From Chloroflexota bacterium (lineage in GTDB: Bacteria > Chloroflexota > Limnocylindria > Limnocylindrales > CSP1-4), in the NCBI GenBank assembly GCA_005882635.1, contig VBFG01000040.1:32249-96248 (forward strand): DNA of 64,000 bases, written 5' to 3'. Both the position numbers and the translations under genes were made by a program. The notes beneath the pieces were generated by a model. The model saw nothing but the letters and a program-made list of their open reading frames with translations. It ran no database searches and was not told where the DNA came from. Of the stretch, positions 54,896 to 63,818 are shown one piece after another (position 1 is the stretch's first letter; each line of letters starts with the position of its first letter).

Positions 54896-55489
54896 TCAGC
54901 CCGGGAGGCGCGCCACGAGGTCGCGAAGGGGCGGATTCGCGCGGTCGCGGTCCGACAGGATCGGACGACCATCGGCGGTCTCGTGGACCGCCGGCCACGG
55001 GACGCCGGCGGCAGGGTCGTCCCAGGCGAACCCGAGCTCGTCGCTGCCGTCGTACTCGTTCGTCACCAGGTAGATGAGCTCCAGCGCGTCGAGGGCGAGG
55101 AAGCCGTGGGCGACACCGACGGGGATGACGACCCAGTCGTCGGCGCCGAGCTCGCGTGTCTCCACGATCGGGCGATCGCCCGTTCCGTCCAGGAGGGGCC
55201 GGACGTCGACCAGCGCGGCCAGCGCGCGGCCGGCCCCCACGACCCAGTAGTCCAGCTGGCGACGATGGAGGTGCAGCCCGCGGAGGACACCCGGGGCGGA
55301 CGTCGACAGGTTGGCCTGGACGAAGCGCGGCTCGATTCCGGCTGCCGCACCCGCGGCGCCTGGCTCGAGGGGGCCGAACGAGGACGCCCGCCAGAGCTCG
55401 CGGAACGCGCCGCGGCTGTCGGCGTGCCGGGCGATCGCGCCGTAGCGGACCCCGCGGATGCCGGACGGCGGCCGGTCGGGCGAGGTCAC
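54896..55489 (-). CDS. rmlC: dTDP-4-dehydrorhamnose 3,5-epimerase
   Basis: DSRGAFRELW...VLRGLHLH...IPVGVAHGF...YLVTNEYD. The GTG start overlaps the rmlD stop (GTGA). Confidence 0.85.
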   Translation of the reverse strand: MTSPDRPPSGIRGVRYGAIARHADSRGAFRELWRASSFGPLEPGAAGAAAGIEPRFVQANLSTSAPGVLRGLHLHRRQLDYWVVGAGRALAALVDVRPLLDGTGDRPIVETRELGADDWVVIPVGVAHGFLALDALELIYLVTNEYDGSDELGFAWDDPAAGVPWPAVHETADGRPILSDRDRANPPLRDLVARLPG

Positions 55490-56412
55490 GGTCGGCCAGC
55501 CGTTGCTGCCCGCGACCGCTGACGGAGGAGCGCCGGCATGCGATCGGCGAGGGCCGCGGTCCATGGCCGCAACGGCTCGCCGCCGGGAAGCGGCGTCGGC
55601 GCCAGGACCGCCCACGCCGGCGGGGTCGACGCACGCTGCCACGTCGAGGCCGGGACGTCCTCGGTCGGCACGTCGACGCGCGCCTGGCGAAGGACCTCGC
55701 GGGCCCAGTCCGCCCGGCTGGCGACGCCGGAGTTGACGATGTGGTGGGTCCCGTCGACGGCCGCCGAGCCGACCAGCTCGACGATCGCCTCGGCGAGGTC
55801 CGGGGCGCCGGTCGGCGACCCCCATTCGTCGGCGACGAGGCGGAGCGGGTCGCCGGAGGCCCTGGCCCGATCGGCCGCGGCCAGGATCTTCGCCGGGAAG
55901 TCGTCGCCGGGCGGTCCGAACAGCCAGGCCGTCCGGACGATGCCGAGCGCGGCGGCCGGGACCGCCGCTTCCTCATAGGCAGCTCGGGCGGCCTCCTCGC
56001 CGGCGAGCTTCGACGCCCCGTACGGATTGATCGGCGCGGGCGCGTCGGCCGGGCCGTAGCCCACGCCGTCGATGCGACGACCGTCGAAGACCTCGTTGGT
56101 CGACACGACGATCAGGTCGATCCCGTGCTCGGCGGCCGCCCTCGCCAGGACGCCCGTCGCCCCGCCGTTGCGGGCGAGCGCGAGCTCGGGTTCGCGGGCG
56201 CAGCCGTCGACGTCCGTCCAGGCGGCGGCGTGGACGATGACCTCCGGCCGGTCGCGCTCGACGAGCGCCTCGAACGCATCCGGGGCGTCGAGGTCGAACT
56301 CCGGCCGCGACCAGGCGAGCGGGCCGGACGGGCCGGTGTACGGCGACGACTCGAGGGCCGAGATCAGGGCGCGGCCGAGCCGTCCGCCGGCGCCGGTCAC
56401 GGCGACGCGCAT
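55486..56412 (-). CDS. rmlD: dTDP-4-dehydrorhamnose reductase
   Basis: MRVAVTGAGGRLG...VIVHAAAWTDVDGCE-like...STNEVFDG...PINPYGASKLAGE. Confidence 0.85.
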   Translation of the reverse strand: MRVAVTGAGGRLGRALISALESSPYTGPSGPLAWSRPEFDLDAPDAFEALVERDRPEVIVHAAAWTDVDGCAREPELALARNGGATGVLARAAAEHGIDLIVVSTNEVFDGRRIDGVGYGPADAPAPINPYGASKLAGEEAARAAYEEAAVPAAALGIVRTAWLFGPPGDDFPAKILAAADRARASGDPLRLVADEWGSPTGAPDLAEAIVELVGSAAVDGTHHIVNSGVASRADWAREVLRQARVDVPTEDVPASTWQRASTPPAWAVLAPTPLPGGEPLRPWTAALADRMPALLRQRSRAATAGRP

Positions 56413-57527
56413 CAGGCCTCCGTCGAGGCCGCCAACCGAGCGCCGTACTGGCGCTCGTAGTAGGCGTCCCAGTCGCCGCTCTTCGCCGCCCGCCACCACG
56501 GCTCGTGGGCCCGGAACCAGCGCACCGTCTCGGCGAGGCCCTCGGCGAATGACGTCGCGTTGCGCCAGCCGAGGGCGGCGAGCTTCGAGCCGTCCAGCGC
56601 ATAGCGCCGGTCGTGGCCGGGTCGGTCGGGCACGCTCCGGACGAGCGACCACGGCTTGCTGAGCTCGGCCAGGAGCGCGGCGACGACCTCGCGATTGGTC
56701 ATCTCGGCCGAGCCGGGCAGGTTGTATGTCTCGCCGGACGCGCCGTGGCGGAGGACGTGATCGATCGCACCGGCGTGGTCCGACACGTACAGCCAGTCGC
56801 GCTGCTGGAGGCCGTCGCCGTAGAGGGGCAGCGGCAGGTCGTCGATCGCGTTCGTGATGAACAGCGGGATCAGCTTCTCGGGATGGTGGTACGGCCCGTA
56901 CGTGTTCGAGCCGCGGGTGACGACCGCGTCCAGGCCGTGGGTGACGACGTAGCTCCCGACGAGCAGCTCCCCGGCGGCCTTGGCCGCCGAATACGGCGAG
57001 CGGGGCCCGACCGGATCGCCCTCGCGGGAGCGGCCCTCGAGGACGGCGCCGTAGACCTCGTCGGTCGACACCTGGAGGAATCGCACGGGCGGGCGACCGG
57101 CGACCGCACGGTCCGCCGAAGCGACGCGAACGGCCTCGAGCAGGACGTGGACCCCGATCACGCCCGTCCGGAGGAAGGCCTCCGGGTCGAGGATGCTCCG
57201 GTCGACGTGCGACTCCGCGGCGAAGTTGACGACGGCATCGACCGCCGCGACGAGCGGCTCCACGGTCGGTGCGTCGGCGATGTCGCCCTGGACGAACGTC
57301 AGCCGCGGGGCGAGCTCGGGATCGGACTCGACGGTCGCCAGGTTGGCCCGATTGCCGGCATAGGTCAGCTTGTCGAGCACGGTGATCCGGGCGCCGTCAC
57401 GCCGGCCGAGGACCTCTCGGACGTAGGCGCTGCCGATGAACCCCGCCCCGCCGGTGACGAGGAGGTGGGCCGTCGGCGCGATCCGGGCGGCGCGGCCGGC
57501 GGCGGCCTCGGCGGCCTCCCCGCCCAC
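56412..57527 (-). CDS. rmlB: dTDP-glucose 4,6-dehydratase
   Basis: LLVTGGAGFIGSAYV...VVNFAAESHVDRS...VSTDEVYG...PYSAAKAAGE. Confidence 0.9.
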   Translation of the reverse strand: MGGEAAEAAAGRAARIAPTAHLLVTGGAGFIGSAYVREVLGRRDGARITVLDKLTYAGNRANLATVESDPELAPRLTFVQGDIADAPTVEPLVAAVDAVVNFAAESHVDRSILDPEAFLRTGVIGVHVLLEAVRVASADRAVAGRPPVRFLQVSTDEVYGAVLEGRSREGDPVGPRSPYSAAKAAGELLVGSYVVTHGLDAVVTRGSNTYGPYHHPEKLIPLFITNAIDDLPLPLYGDGLQQRDWLYVSDHAGAIDHVLRHGASGETYNLPGSAEMTNREVVAALLAELSKPWSLVRSVPDRPGHDRRYALDGSKLAALGWRNATSFAEGLAETVRWFRAHEPWWRAAKSGDWDAYYERQYGARLAASTEA

Positions 57528-57532
57528 GGCGC

Positions 57533-58294
57533 TCAGCCGACCGGCCGCTCGACCGGCCGGGCCAGCCGCCCGGCGCGATCGTCGTCCCGGGCGAGCTCGG
57601 CCGCCCGGATGAGCGATGGGACCGTGCCGGCGTCCGTCCAGTGGCCGTCATAGATCCGGTGGAAGAGCCGACCTTCGGGGACGTAGTGGTTGAGGACGTC
57701 CGTGATCTCGAACTCGCCCCGCCCGGACGGAGCGAGGCTGTCGATCACGGTGAAGGCGTCGGGCCGGAGGAAGTAGACGCCGATCGGGATGAGGTCGCTC
57801 TTGGGGCGGACGGGCTTCTCCTCGAAGGCCACGACGTTGCCGGCGCCATCCAGCTCGGCCACGCCGAACCGCTCCGGATCGGAAACGCGGTAGAGGAGCG
57901 TCCCGGCGCCCCACGGCCCGGCCTCGAACTCCTCGGCGACGGGCGCCAGGGCGGGCCCTCGCAGGATGTTGTCGCCGAGGACGCAGCAGAACGCGTCGTC
58001 GCCGACGAAGTCGCGGGCGAGCCCGATCGCATGGGCGATCCCGAGCGCGCCATGCTGGTAGCGGTACGTCAGGTCGAGCCCGAAGTGCGAGCCGTCTGCC
58101 AGCAGCTCGACGACGTCGCCGACGCTCTTGCCCCCGACGATCACGAGGACCTCGCGGATGCCCATGCCGGCCAGCGTCTCGATCGGGTAGTAGATCATCG
58201 GCCGGTCGTAGATCGGCAGGAGGTGCTTGTTCGTGACGATCGTGAGCGGGAAGAGCCGCGTCGCGGTTCCGCCGGCGAGGACGATCCCCTTCAC
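57533..58294 (-). CDS. rmlA: Glucose-1-phosphate thymidylyltransferase-like sugar nucleotidyltransferase (short form)
   Basis: GTG start gives VKGIVLAGGTATRLFPLTIVTNKHLLPIYDRPMIYYPI...GALGIAHAI...VLGDNI. Heads the rml gene string. Confidence 0.8.
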   Translation of the reverse strand: MKGIVLAGGTATRLFPLTIVTNKHLLPIYDRPMIYYPIETLAGMGIREVLVIVGGKSVGDVVELLADGSHFGLDLTYRYQHGALGIAHAIGLARDFVGDDAFCCVLGDNILRGPALAPVAEEFEAGPWGAGTLLYRVSDPERFGVAELDGAGNVVAFEEKPVRPKSDLIPIGVYFLRPDAFTVIDSLAPSGRGEFEITDVLNHYVPEGRLFHRIYDGHWTDAGTVPSLIRAAELARDDDRAGRLARPVERPVG

Positions 58295-58298
58295 GCAG

Positions 58299-59276
58299 TC
58301 ACGGTAGCAGAGGCGTTGGCGTCGGCCGGGGCGAGCCGCCGGGCTGGATGCACGGGTTCTCGCCGCCGGGCAGCGACCCACCCTGGCCGGTGTGGCTGCA
58401 GTCGATCGGGGTGTCGACGGCGCCTGGCAGGCCGCCGACGTAGTCGAGCACGACAAGGACATAGGACACCTTGTCGAGGTCCGTCGTCGGCTGGAGATAG
58501 GCCGTCTGGACGACCGAGCTGGCCTCGCGCTTGACGTCGGTCACCTCGCCGATGAGGAGGCCCTTCGGGAAGGGTGAGCGGATCCCGCCGGGGAGCTGAA
58601 TCCCGGCCGTCAGGACCTGCTCGCCGGGCTGGACCGTCTCGGTCGAATCGATGTTCTGCATGATCAGCGCCCCGCCGAGCTGACCGACGACATCGCCGAT
58701 CGCTGCGTTTGTCTCGGTCTGCCCGACGACGGTCGACGTGCGGTCGCTGATGAGGGTCACGATCGCGAAGTTCGGACCAACGTCGGTGACCCGGCCGACG
58801 AGCGCGCCGCCCTCGGCAATCACCACGTCCCCCTTCGCGATGCCGTCGTCGGAGCCCTTCGATACGGTGACCGTCCGGCGGAGCTCGCTCGACTCGCGGG
58901 CGATCACGACCGCCGCGGCCGTCTGGTACGAGAACGAGCTCTTGAGCTGAAGCAGCGTCGACAGTTGCTCGTTCTCCTGTTCGAGCGCCTGGGCCCGGAG
59001 GTTGTCGGCCGTCAGCCGCTCGTTCTCGCGGCGGAGAGCCGCGTTGTCGGTGTGAAGCCGGTTGATGTCGCCGATGGCGGTGAACGCGCCGGAGACCGAG
59101 TCGGCGACGTCGTGGAGCGCACCCTGGACCGGCCGGAGCGCGAATGCCATCGCGTTCTGGAACTCGGTGATGATCGGGCTCGACGAGACCGCCATGAGGA
59201 TCAGGCTGGTCGAGACGAGGGCGGTGAAGGCGACCGCCCGGCGACGGGCGGCCCGGGTTGCGAACATCGTGCTCAT
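58299..59276 (-). CDS. mreC: Rod shape-determining protein MreC
   Basis: N-terminal TM segment, coiled coil LRRENERLTADNLRAQALEQENEQL, beta domain GIAKGDVVIAEGGALVGRVTDVGPNFAIVTLI...FPKGLLIGEV. Confidence 0.85.
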   Translation of the reverse strand: MSTMFATRAARRRAVAFTALVSTSLILMAVSSSPIITEFQNAMAFALRPVQGALHDVADSVSGAFTAIGDINRLHTDNAALRRENERLTADNLRAQALEQENEQLSTLLQLKSSFSYQTAAAVVIARESSELRRTVTVSKGSDDGIAKGDVVIAEGGALVGRVTDVGPNFAIVTLISDRTSTVVGQTETNAAIGDVVGQLGGALIMQNIDSTETVQPGEQVLTAGIQLPGGIRSPFPKGLLIGEVTDVKREASSVVQTAYLQPTTDLDKVSYVLVVLDYVGGLPGAVDTPIDCSHTGQGGSLPGGENPCIQPGGSPRPTPTPLLP

Positions 59277-59327
59277 TCGGATCCCAGCCTAGTGTTCCCG
59301 ACGCGAGACGCCAGTACCTTGATCTCC

Positions 59328-60380
59328 TCAGCGCGGAGGTCGGGCGTACGTGTCCGCCACGAGGACGCGGCCCATCTTCTCCAGCTCTTCGAGGACGATC
59401 CCGGTGCCGCGGGCCACGCACGTCAATGGATCGTCCGCGACGTGGACGGGCATCTGCGTCGCGTCGGCGACGCGCCGATCGAGGCCGGCCAGCAGGCCGC
59501 CGCCGCCGGCGATGACGATGCCCTGGTCCATGATGTCGGCGACGAGCTCGGGCGGGGTCTCCTCGATCGTGTCCTTGATCGTGTCGACGATCTGGATGAC
59601 CGACGGCTCGATCGCTTCGCGGATCTGGTCGGCGCCGACCTCGACGCTGCGCGGCAGCCCGGTGAGCAGGTCACGTCCGCGCAGAGAGACGCGCTGCGAG
59701 TCCCAGTCGCCGGGATAGGCCGAACCGATCGCGATCTTGATGTCCTCGGCCGTCCGCTCGCCGAGGAACAGGTTGTACTCGCGCCGGGCGAATGTGACGA
59801 TGTCCTGGTCCATCTCGTCGCCGCCGATCCGGATCGAGCGGGAGACGACGATGCCGCCGAGCGAGATGACCGCCACCTCCGTCGTCCCGCCACCGACGTC
59901 GACGACGAGGCTGCCCGACGGCTCGCTGACGGGGAGCCCGGCCCCGATGGCGGCCGCCATGGGCTCCTCGATCAGGCGCGCCCAGCGGGCGCCGGCGTTC
60001 AACGCGGCGTCCTTGACCGCCCGCTTCTCGACCTCGGTCACGCCCGACGGGATCCCGAGCAGCATGCGCGGCCGCGGGATCATCCCGACCCGGTCGTGGA
60101 CCCGCTTCACGAAGTACTTGATCATCTGCTCGGTGACGTCGAAGTCGCTGATGACGCCGTCGCGGAGCGGGCGGATGGCGATGATGCTGGCCGGTGTCCG
60201 GCCGACCATCCGCTTGGCCTCGGCCCCGATCGCCAGGACCTGCTTCGTCTTGGCGTCGATCGCCACCACCGACGGCTCGCTTATGACGATCCCGCGATCC
60301 CGGACGTGGACCAGGGTGTTCGCGGTCCCGAGGTCGATCCCGATGTCGCGGGAGAAGAGGCCGAGGAAGCGATCGAGCAT
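59328..60380 (-). CDS. mreB: Rod shape-determining protein MreB (actin homologue)
   Basis: Internal ATG at 60380: MLDRFLGLFSRDIGIDLGTANTLV...AIRPLRDGVISDF...VVDVGGGTTEVAVISLGG...GIVIAGGGGLL. Confidence 0.93.
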   Translation of the reverse strand: MLDRFLGLFSRDIGIDLGTANTLVHVRDRGIVISEPSVVAIDAKTKQVLAIGAEAKRMVGRTPASIIAIRPLRDGVISDFDVTEQMIKYFVKRVHDRVGMIPRPRMLLGIPSGVTEVEKRAVKDAALNAGARWARLIEEPMAAAIGAGLPVSEPSGSLVVDVGGGTTEVAVISLGGIVVSRSIRIGGDEMDQDIVTFARREYNLFLGERTAEDIKIAIGSAYPGDWDSQRVSLRGRDLLTGLPRSVEVGADQIREAIEPSVIQIVDTIKDTIEETPPELVADIMDQGIVIAGGGGLLAGLDRRVADATQMPVHVADDPLTCVARGTGIVLEELEKMGRVLVADTYARPPR

Positions 60381-60730
60381 GACGGCGGGCGGGTCCTTCG
60401 CGGTTTGGTGGGTCCGGTCGAACGCTGCGGCTCCGCGGCGGGCAATGGCCGGATCGCGCGCTCGAGTGTCAGGCGGGGAAGCGCGGCCAGTATACCCGCG
60501 CCATCCGATCACGCCGCCCCCGGTGAGGCCGGAGCCTGGCCGTGTGGCGGTTGAGCCCGTCAGACGAATGCCACCCGGTCGTTCGGCAGCCGAGCCCCGT
60601 CATCCCACCGCCATGCGAGTTGCCGGACGGGATCTCGCCGCTCGTCCTCCCTCGGCGACTCTCGATCGCTCGGCTCAGCCCCGCGTTCCGAGCGCCTGAG
60701 TGTCGGCTGTCAGAAATCCCGGGGCGCAGA

Positions 60731-61126
60731 CTAGGCGGACGTCCAGGCGGGCCGGCCCTCGACTCGTTCGGCCTCGTCCTCGCCGGGCCACGGCGGCATC
60801 GTCACCGGGACCGCGACCAGCGGATCCGGCCCGACGCTCCGGAACTGGAAGCTCGTCCCGAAGGGGATGACGACACATGTTCCGGCGTCGAGCGGAACCG
60901 TGACCTCGGCGGCTCCCCGGCGTCGCCATATCTGGCCGCGGCCGCCGAGCACGTACCAGATCTCCTCGACCGTCCGGTGCCGAACGGCGTCCGAGGTCCG
61001 GCCGGCCGCAAGCAGGAAGTGCGCCATCGATCCGCGCTCGGTGGCGAGGAGCACCCGGACATCCGACCCGTCGGGCGCGACGGTCGTCGGGTCGGACGGG
61101 AGCCCCGCTGTCGGAAAGGAGTTCAC
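60731..61126 (-). CDS. Cupin domain protein
   Basis: 131 aa. AVRHRTVEEIWYVLGGRGQIW...AGTCVVIPFGTSFQF. Confidence 0.6.
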   Translation of the reverse strand: MNSFPTAGLPSDPTTVAPDGSDVRVLLATERGSMAHFLLAAGRTSDAVRHRTVEEIWYVLGGRGQIWRRRGAAEVTVPLDAGTCVVIPFGTSFQFRSVGPDPLVAVPVTMPPWPGEDEAERVEGRPAWTSA

Positions 61127-61162
61127 CGGCCCATCATCGCGCCTCGCCCGGGACGGGCGTCG

Positions 61163-61879
61163 TCAACCCGCGACCCGGGGCTCGACCCGGTCGAACGAGA
61201 CGCCCCGGTCACGGAGCGAGACCCACGCGTCGTGACCGACGACCAGGTGGTCGAGCACGTCGATGTCGAGCAGCCGCCCGGCCGCCAGTGCCTCGGCCGT
61301 CAGGTGGAGGTCGTCCGGCGACGGCGTCGGATCCCCGGACGGGTGGTTGTGGACGAGGATCAGCCCGCTCGCGTTGAGGCGGACCGCGTCCCGGAACAGC
61401 TCGCCGACCCGGACGAGCGACGACGAGACGTTGCCCTGGTAGACCGTGACGACCCGCAGGACAACGTTCTTCGTGTTGAGGAGCACGACCCTCAGCTCCT
61501 CGCGCTCGAGGCGGCCCATCTGGAGGATCAGCCGGTCGGCGACGTCACGAGGCGCCCGGATCGTCCAGCGCGCCGCCGGCCAGTCGGCCATCAGCCGCCG
61601 CCCCAGCTCGAACGCGGCGATCAGCTGGGCGGCCTTGGCCGCACCGACGCCCGGCAGCGACTCGAGCTCGCCGTCGGTCGCCCGGGCGAGCCCCGTCAGG
61701 CCGTCGTGGCCGGCGAGCGCGTCCGTGGCGAGGTCCACCGCCGATCGCCCACGGGAGCCGGAGCCCCACAACAGCGCGATCAGCTCCGCGGCCGACAGGC
61801 CGCCGGCACCCCGCAGCGCCAGGCGCTCGCGCGGCCGCTCATCGGCCGGGAGCTCGCGGATCGCCCGTCCGCCTGCCAT
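61163..61879 (-). CDS. radC: RadC-family JAB/MPN domain protein (UPF0758)
   Basis: ERPRERL...LSAAELIALLWGSG...LPGVGAAKAAQL...LILVHNHPSGDPTPSPDD. Confidence 0.88.
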   Translation of the reverse strand: MAGGRAIRELPADERPRERLALRGAGGLSAAELIALLWGSGSRGRSAVDLATDALAGHDGLTGLARATDGELESLPGVGAAKAAQLIAAFELGRRLMADWPAARWTIRAPRDVADRLILQMGRLEREELRVVLLNTKNVVLRVVTVYQGNVSSSLVRVGELFRDAVRLNASGLILVHNHPSGDPTPSPDDLHLTAEALAAGRLLDIDVLDHLVVGHDAWVSLRDRGVSFDRVEPRVAG

Positions 61880-62138
61880 TCGATCGAGCCCTCGGGCTGG
61901 CGGCGGGAAGGTCGTCGCGCGGCTGGACGGGCGTCCCCGGACCCGTACGACGGAAGCCCGCCGATTCCTTCTGCCATCCGGGTCCGGGAACGCGGCGAAC
62001 CATAGCCGCCAGGCCTCATCCCCGGCTCACCGCCGACTTCACCGCTCGTCGACCGAACCGTGCCTCACCGCTTACGCGTTTGTTGCGCCCCTCGTGGTAT
62101 GGGGAAGTCTGCACCCGTAGTGGAGGCCATGGCCGGTC

Positions 62139-62753
62139 ATGCCCAAGATCTGGAGTGAGCTCCCTCTCCGCAGATTGAAGGAGCAGGTCGCCGACGTGGC
62201 GACCCTCATCTGGGTCCTGTTCTGGGGGACGATCGTCTGGCAGCTGTTCACGTTCCTGTCCGGGTTCGCGGCCGCGGGCCGGGCGGTCAGCGGCGGTGGC
62301 CAGACGATGATCGAGAGCGGCCGCGCCCTCGGGTCGTCGCTGGCCGGGCTGCCGCTGGTCGGCTCGCAGGCCCGCGACGTCGCCCAGGAAGCGTTCGCCC
62401 GAGCCGGGCGCCCGCTGTCGGATTTCGGGGCGGAGCTCGAGCAGTTCATCGTCGTCGTGGCCCTGGCGATCTCGGTGCTCCTCGCGATCGTGACCCTCGC
62501 CCCGTGGCTCGCTCGCTACCTTCCGTGGCGCCTCGACCGGCTGCGCCGCCTGCGAGCCGCGCATCGGGTCATCCGGACGGCGCCGGACATCGCGAGCGGC
62601 GAGGTCGAGCGGCTGCTGGCGATGCGGGCGCTCACCACGCTCGAGTACGGGACCCTCCTCGAGTATACGCCGGACCCGTTCGGCGACTGGGCCCACGGTC
62701 GCCACGATCGGCTCGCCCGAGCGGAGCTGGCGAGCGTCGGGCTGCGGCCCTGA
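62139..62753 (+). CDS. Hypothetical membrane protein
   Basis: Two hydrophobic segments (LIWVLFWGTIVWQLFTFLSGF and FIVVVALAISVLLAIVTLAPW). No recognised motif. Confidence 0.5.
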   Translation: MPKIWSELPLRRLKEQVADVATLIWVLFWGTIVWQLFTFLSGFAAAGRAVSGGGQTMIESGRALGSSLAGLPLVGSQARDVAQEAFARAGRPLSDFGAELEQFIVVVALAISVLLAIVTLAPWLARYLPWRLDRLRRLRAAHRVIRTAPDIASGEVERLLAMRALTTLEYGTLLEYTPDPFGDWAHGRHDRLARAELASVGLRP

Positions 62754-62786
62754 CGGACGGGATCGAGCGGCGCGGATCGCGCCGGC

Positions 62787-63818
62787 TCAGCCGGCGGGGG
62801 GCCCGCCGCGCAACGAAGCCTCGGCGAGCACCAGGAGCAGCCCGTTGAACGCGGCGTGCAGGCCGATGGGTGCCCAGATCGATCGCCGTGACAGGAACAG
62901 CCAGCCGAGGGCGAGGCCGACCGGGACCCGGGTGACGAAGGCGACGGCTGCCAGGGCAAGCGCCTGCGTCGGGCTCGTTCCGCCGACCTGGAGCACGTGG
63001 ACGATCGCGAAGAACAGCGCGCCCTGGACGATCGCCCGCTGGACGCCGTCCGTCAGCCGCCACGCCGTCGTCGCGACGCCGCGGAACATCGTCTCCTCGC
63101 CGATCGGGACGAGGACGGCCCCGCCGAGCAGGTTCAGGAGGAGGCCGATCGTCGAGCCGGTCGGCGGCAGCGGTGACTCCGGGACGACCGGCAGGATCAG
63201 CGTCGCGATGGCGGCGATGATCACGGTCACGACGATCACGGGAATGGCGTAGGTCATCCCCATCGCGAGCTCCGCCACCGCGGGACGGCCGAGCGGCCGG
63301 AACCCCATGTCGGTCCACGACAGGGCGCCGGTGCCAACGAGGAGGAGGCGGGTCAGCGCGAGGTAGGTCGCCTGGATCAGGGCGAGAACGAGAATCGTCG
63401 TGGGCATCCCCTCGGGATCCAGCCCGGCGAGGCGAGCGAGGAGCCCGATGAGCGACGCGCCAATCGAGCTGACCGCGACCGACGCCGCGAAGAGGAGGAC
63501 CGGCGAGGGCCCGGCATAGGCCGCTCCGGCCGCACGGCGCTCGATCGCCTGCGAGCCGGCCATGGAGACCAGTCCGACCGACAGGGCGAGCAGGCCGACG
63601 AGGACGAGGACACCCGTGGCCGTCCCGCGCGGGCCGGCGAACCCGATGACGAGGATCCCGAGGCCGAGGATCGTGGCGAGCCAGCCGACCACGAACAGGG
63701 CCGGGGCCCGACGCCCCTCGATCGTGAAGGTCGTCAGCCCCTGGACGCGCGGAGATCCGGAAGGCGGTGCCGTCGTCTCGGGGGCAGGAGGCGTCGCCGG
63801 CGGGACGTCGCTGGTCAT
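62787..63818 (-). CDS. CPBP family intramembrane glutamic endopeptidase (CAAX protease-like)
   Basis: PIGEETMFRG, FFAIVH and GLHAAFN motifs in a polytopic membrane protein. Confidence 0.8.
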   Translation of the reverse strand: MTSDVPPATPPAPETTAPPSGSPRVQGLTTFTIEGRRAPALFVVGWLATILGLGILVIGFAGPRGTATGVLVLVGLLALSVGLVSMAGSQAIERRAAGAAYAGPSPVLLFAASVAVSSIGASLIGLLARLAGLDPEGMPTTILVLALIQATYLALTRLLLVGTGALSWTDMGFRPLGRPAVAELAMGMTYAIPVIVVTVIIAAIATLILPVVPESPLPPTGSTIGLLLNLLGGAVLVPIGEETMFRGVATTAWRLTDGVQRAIVQGALFFAIVHVLQVGGTSPTQALALAAVAFVTRVPVGLALGWLFLSRRSIWAPIGLHAAFNGLLLVLAEASLRGGPPAG

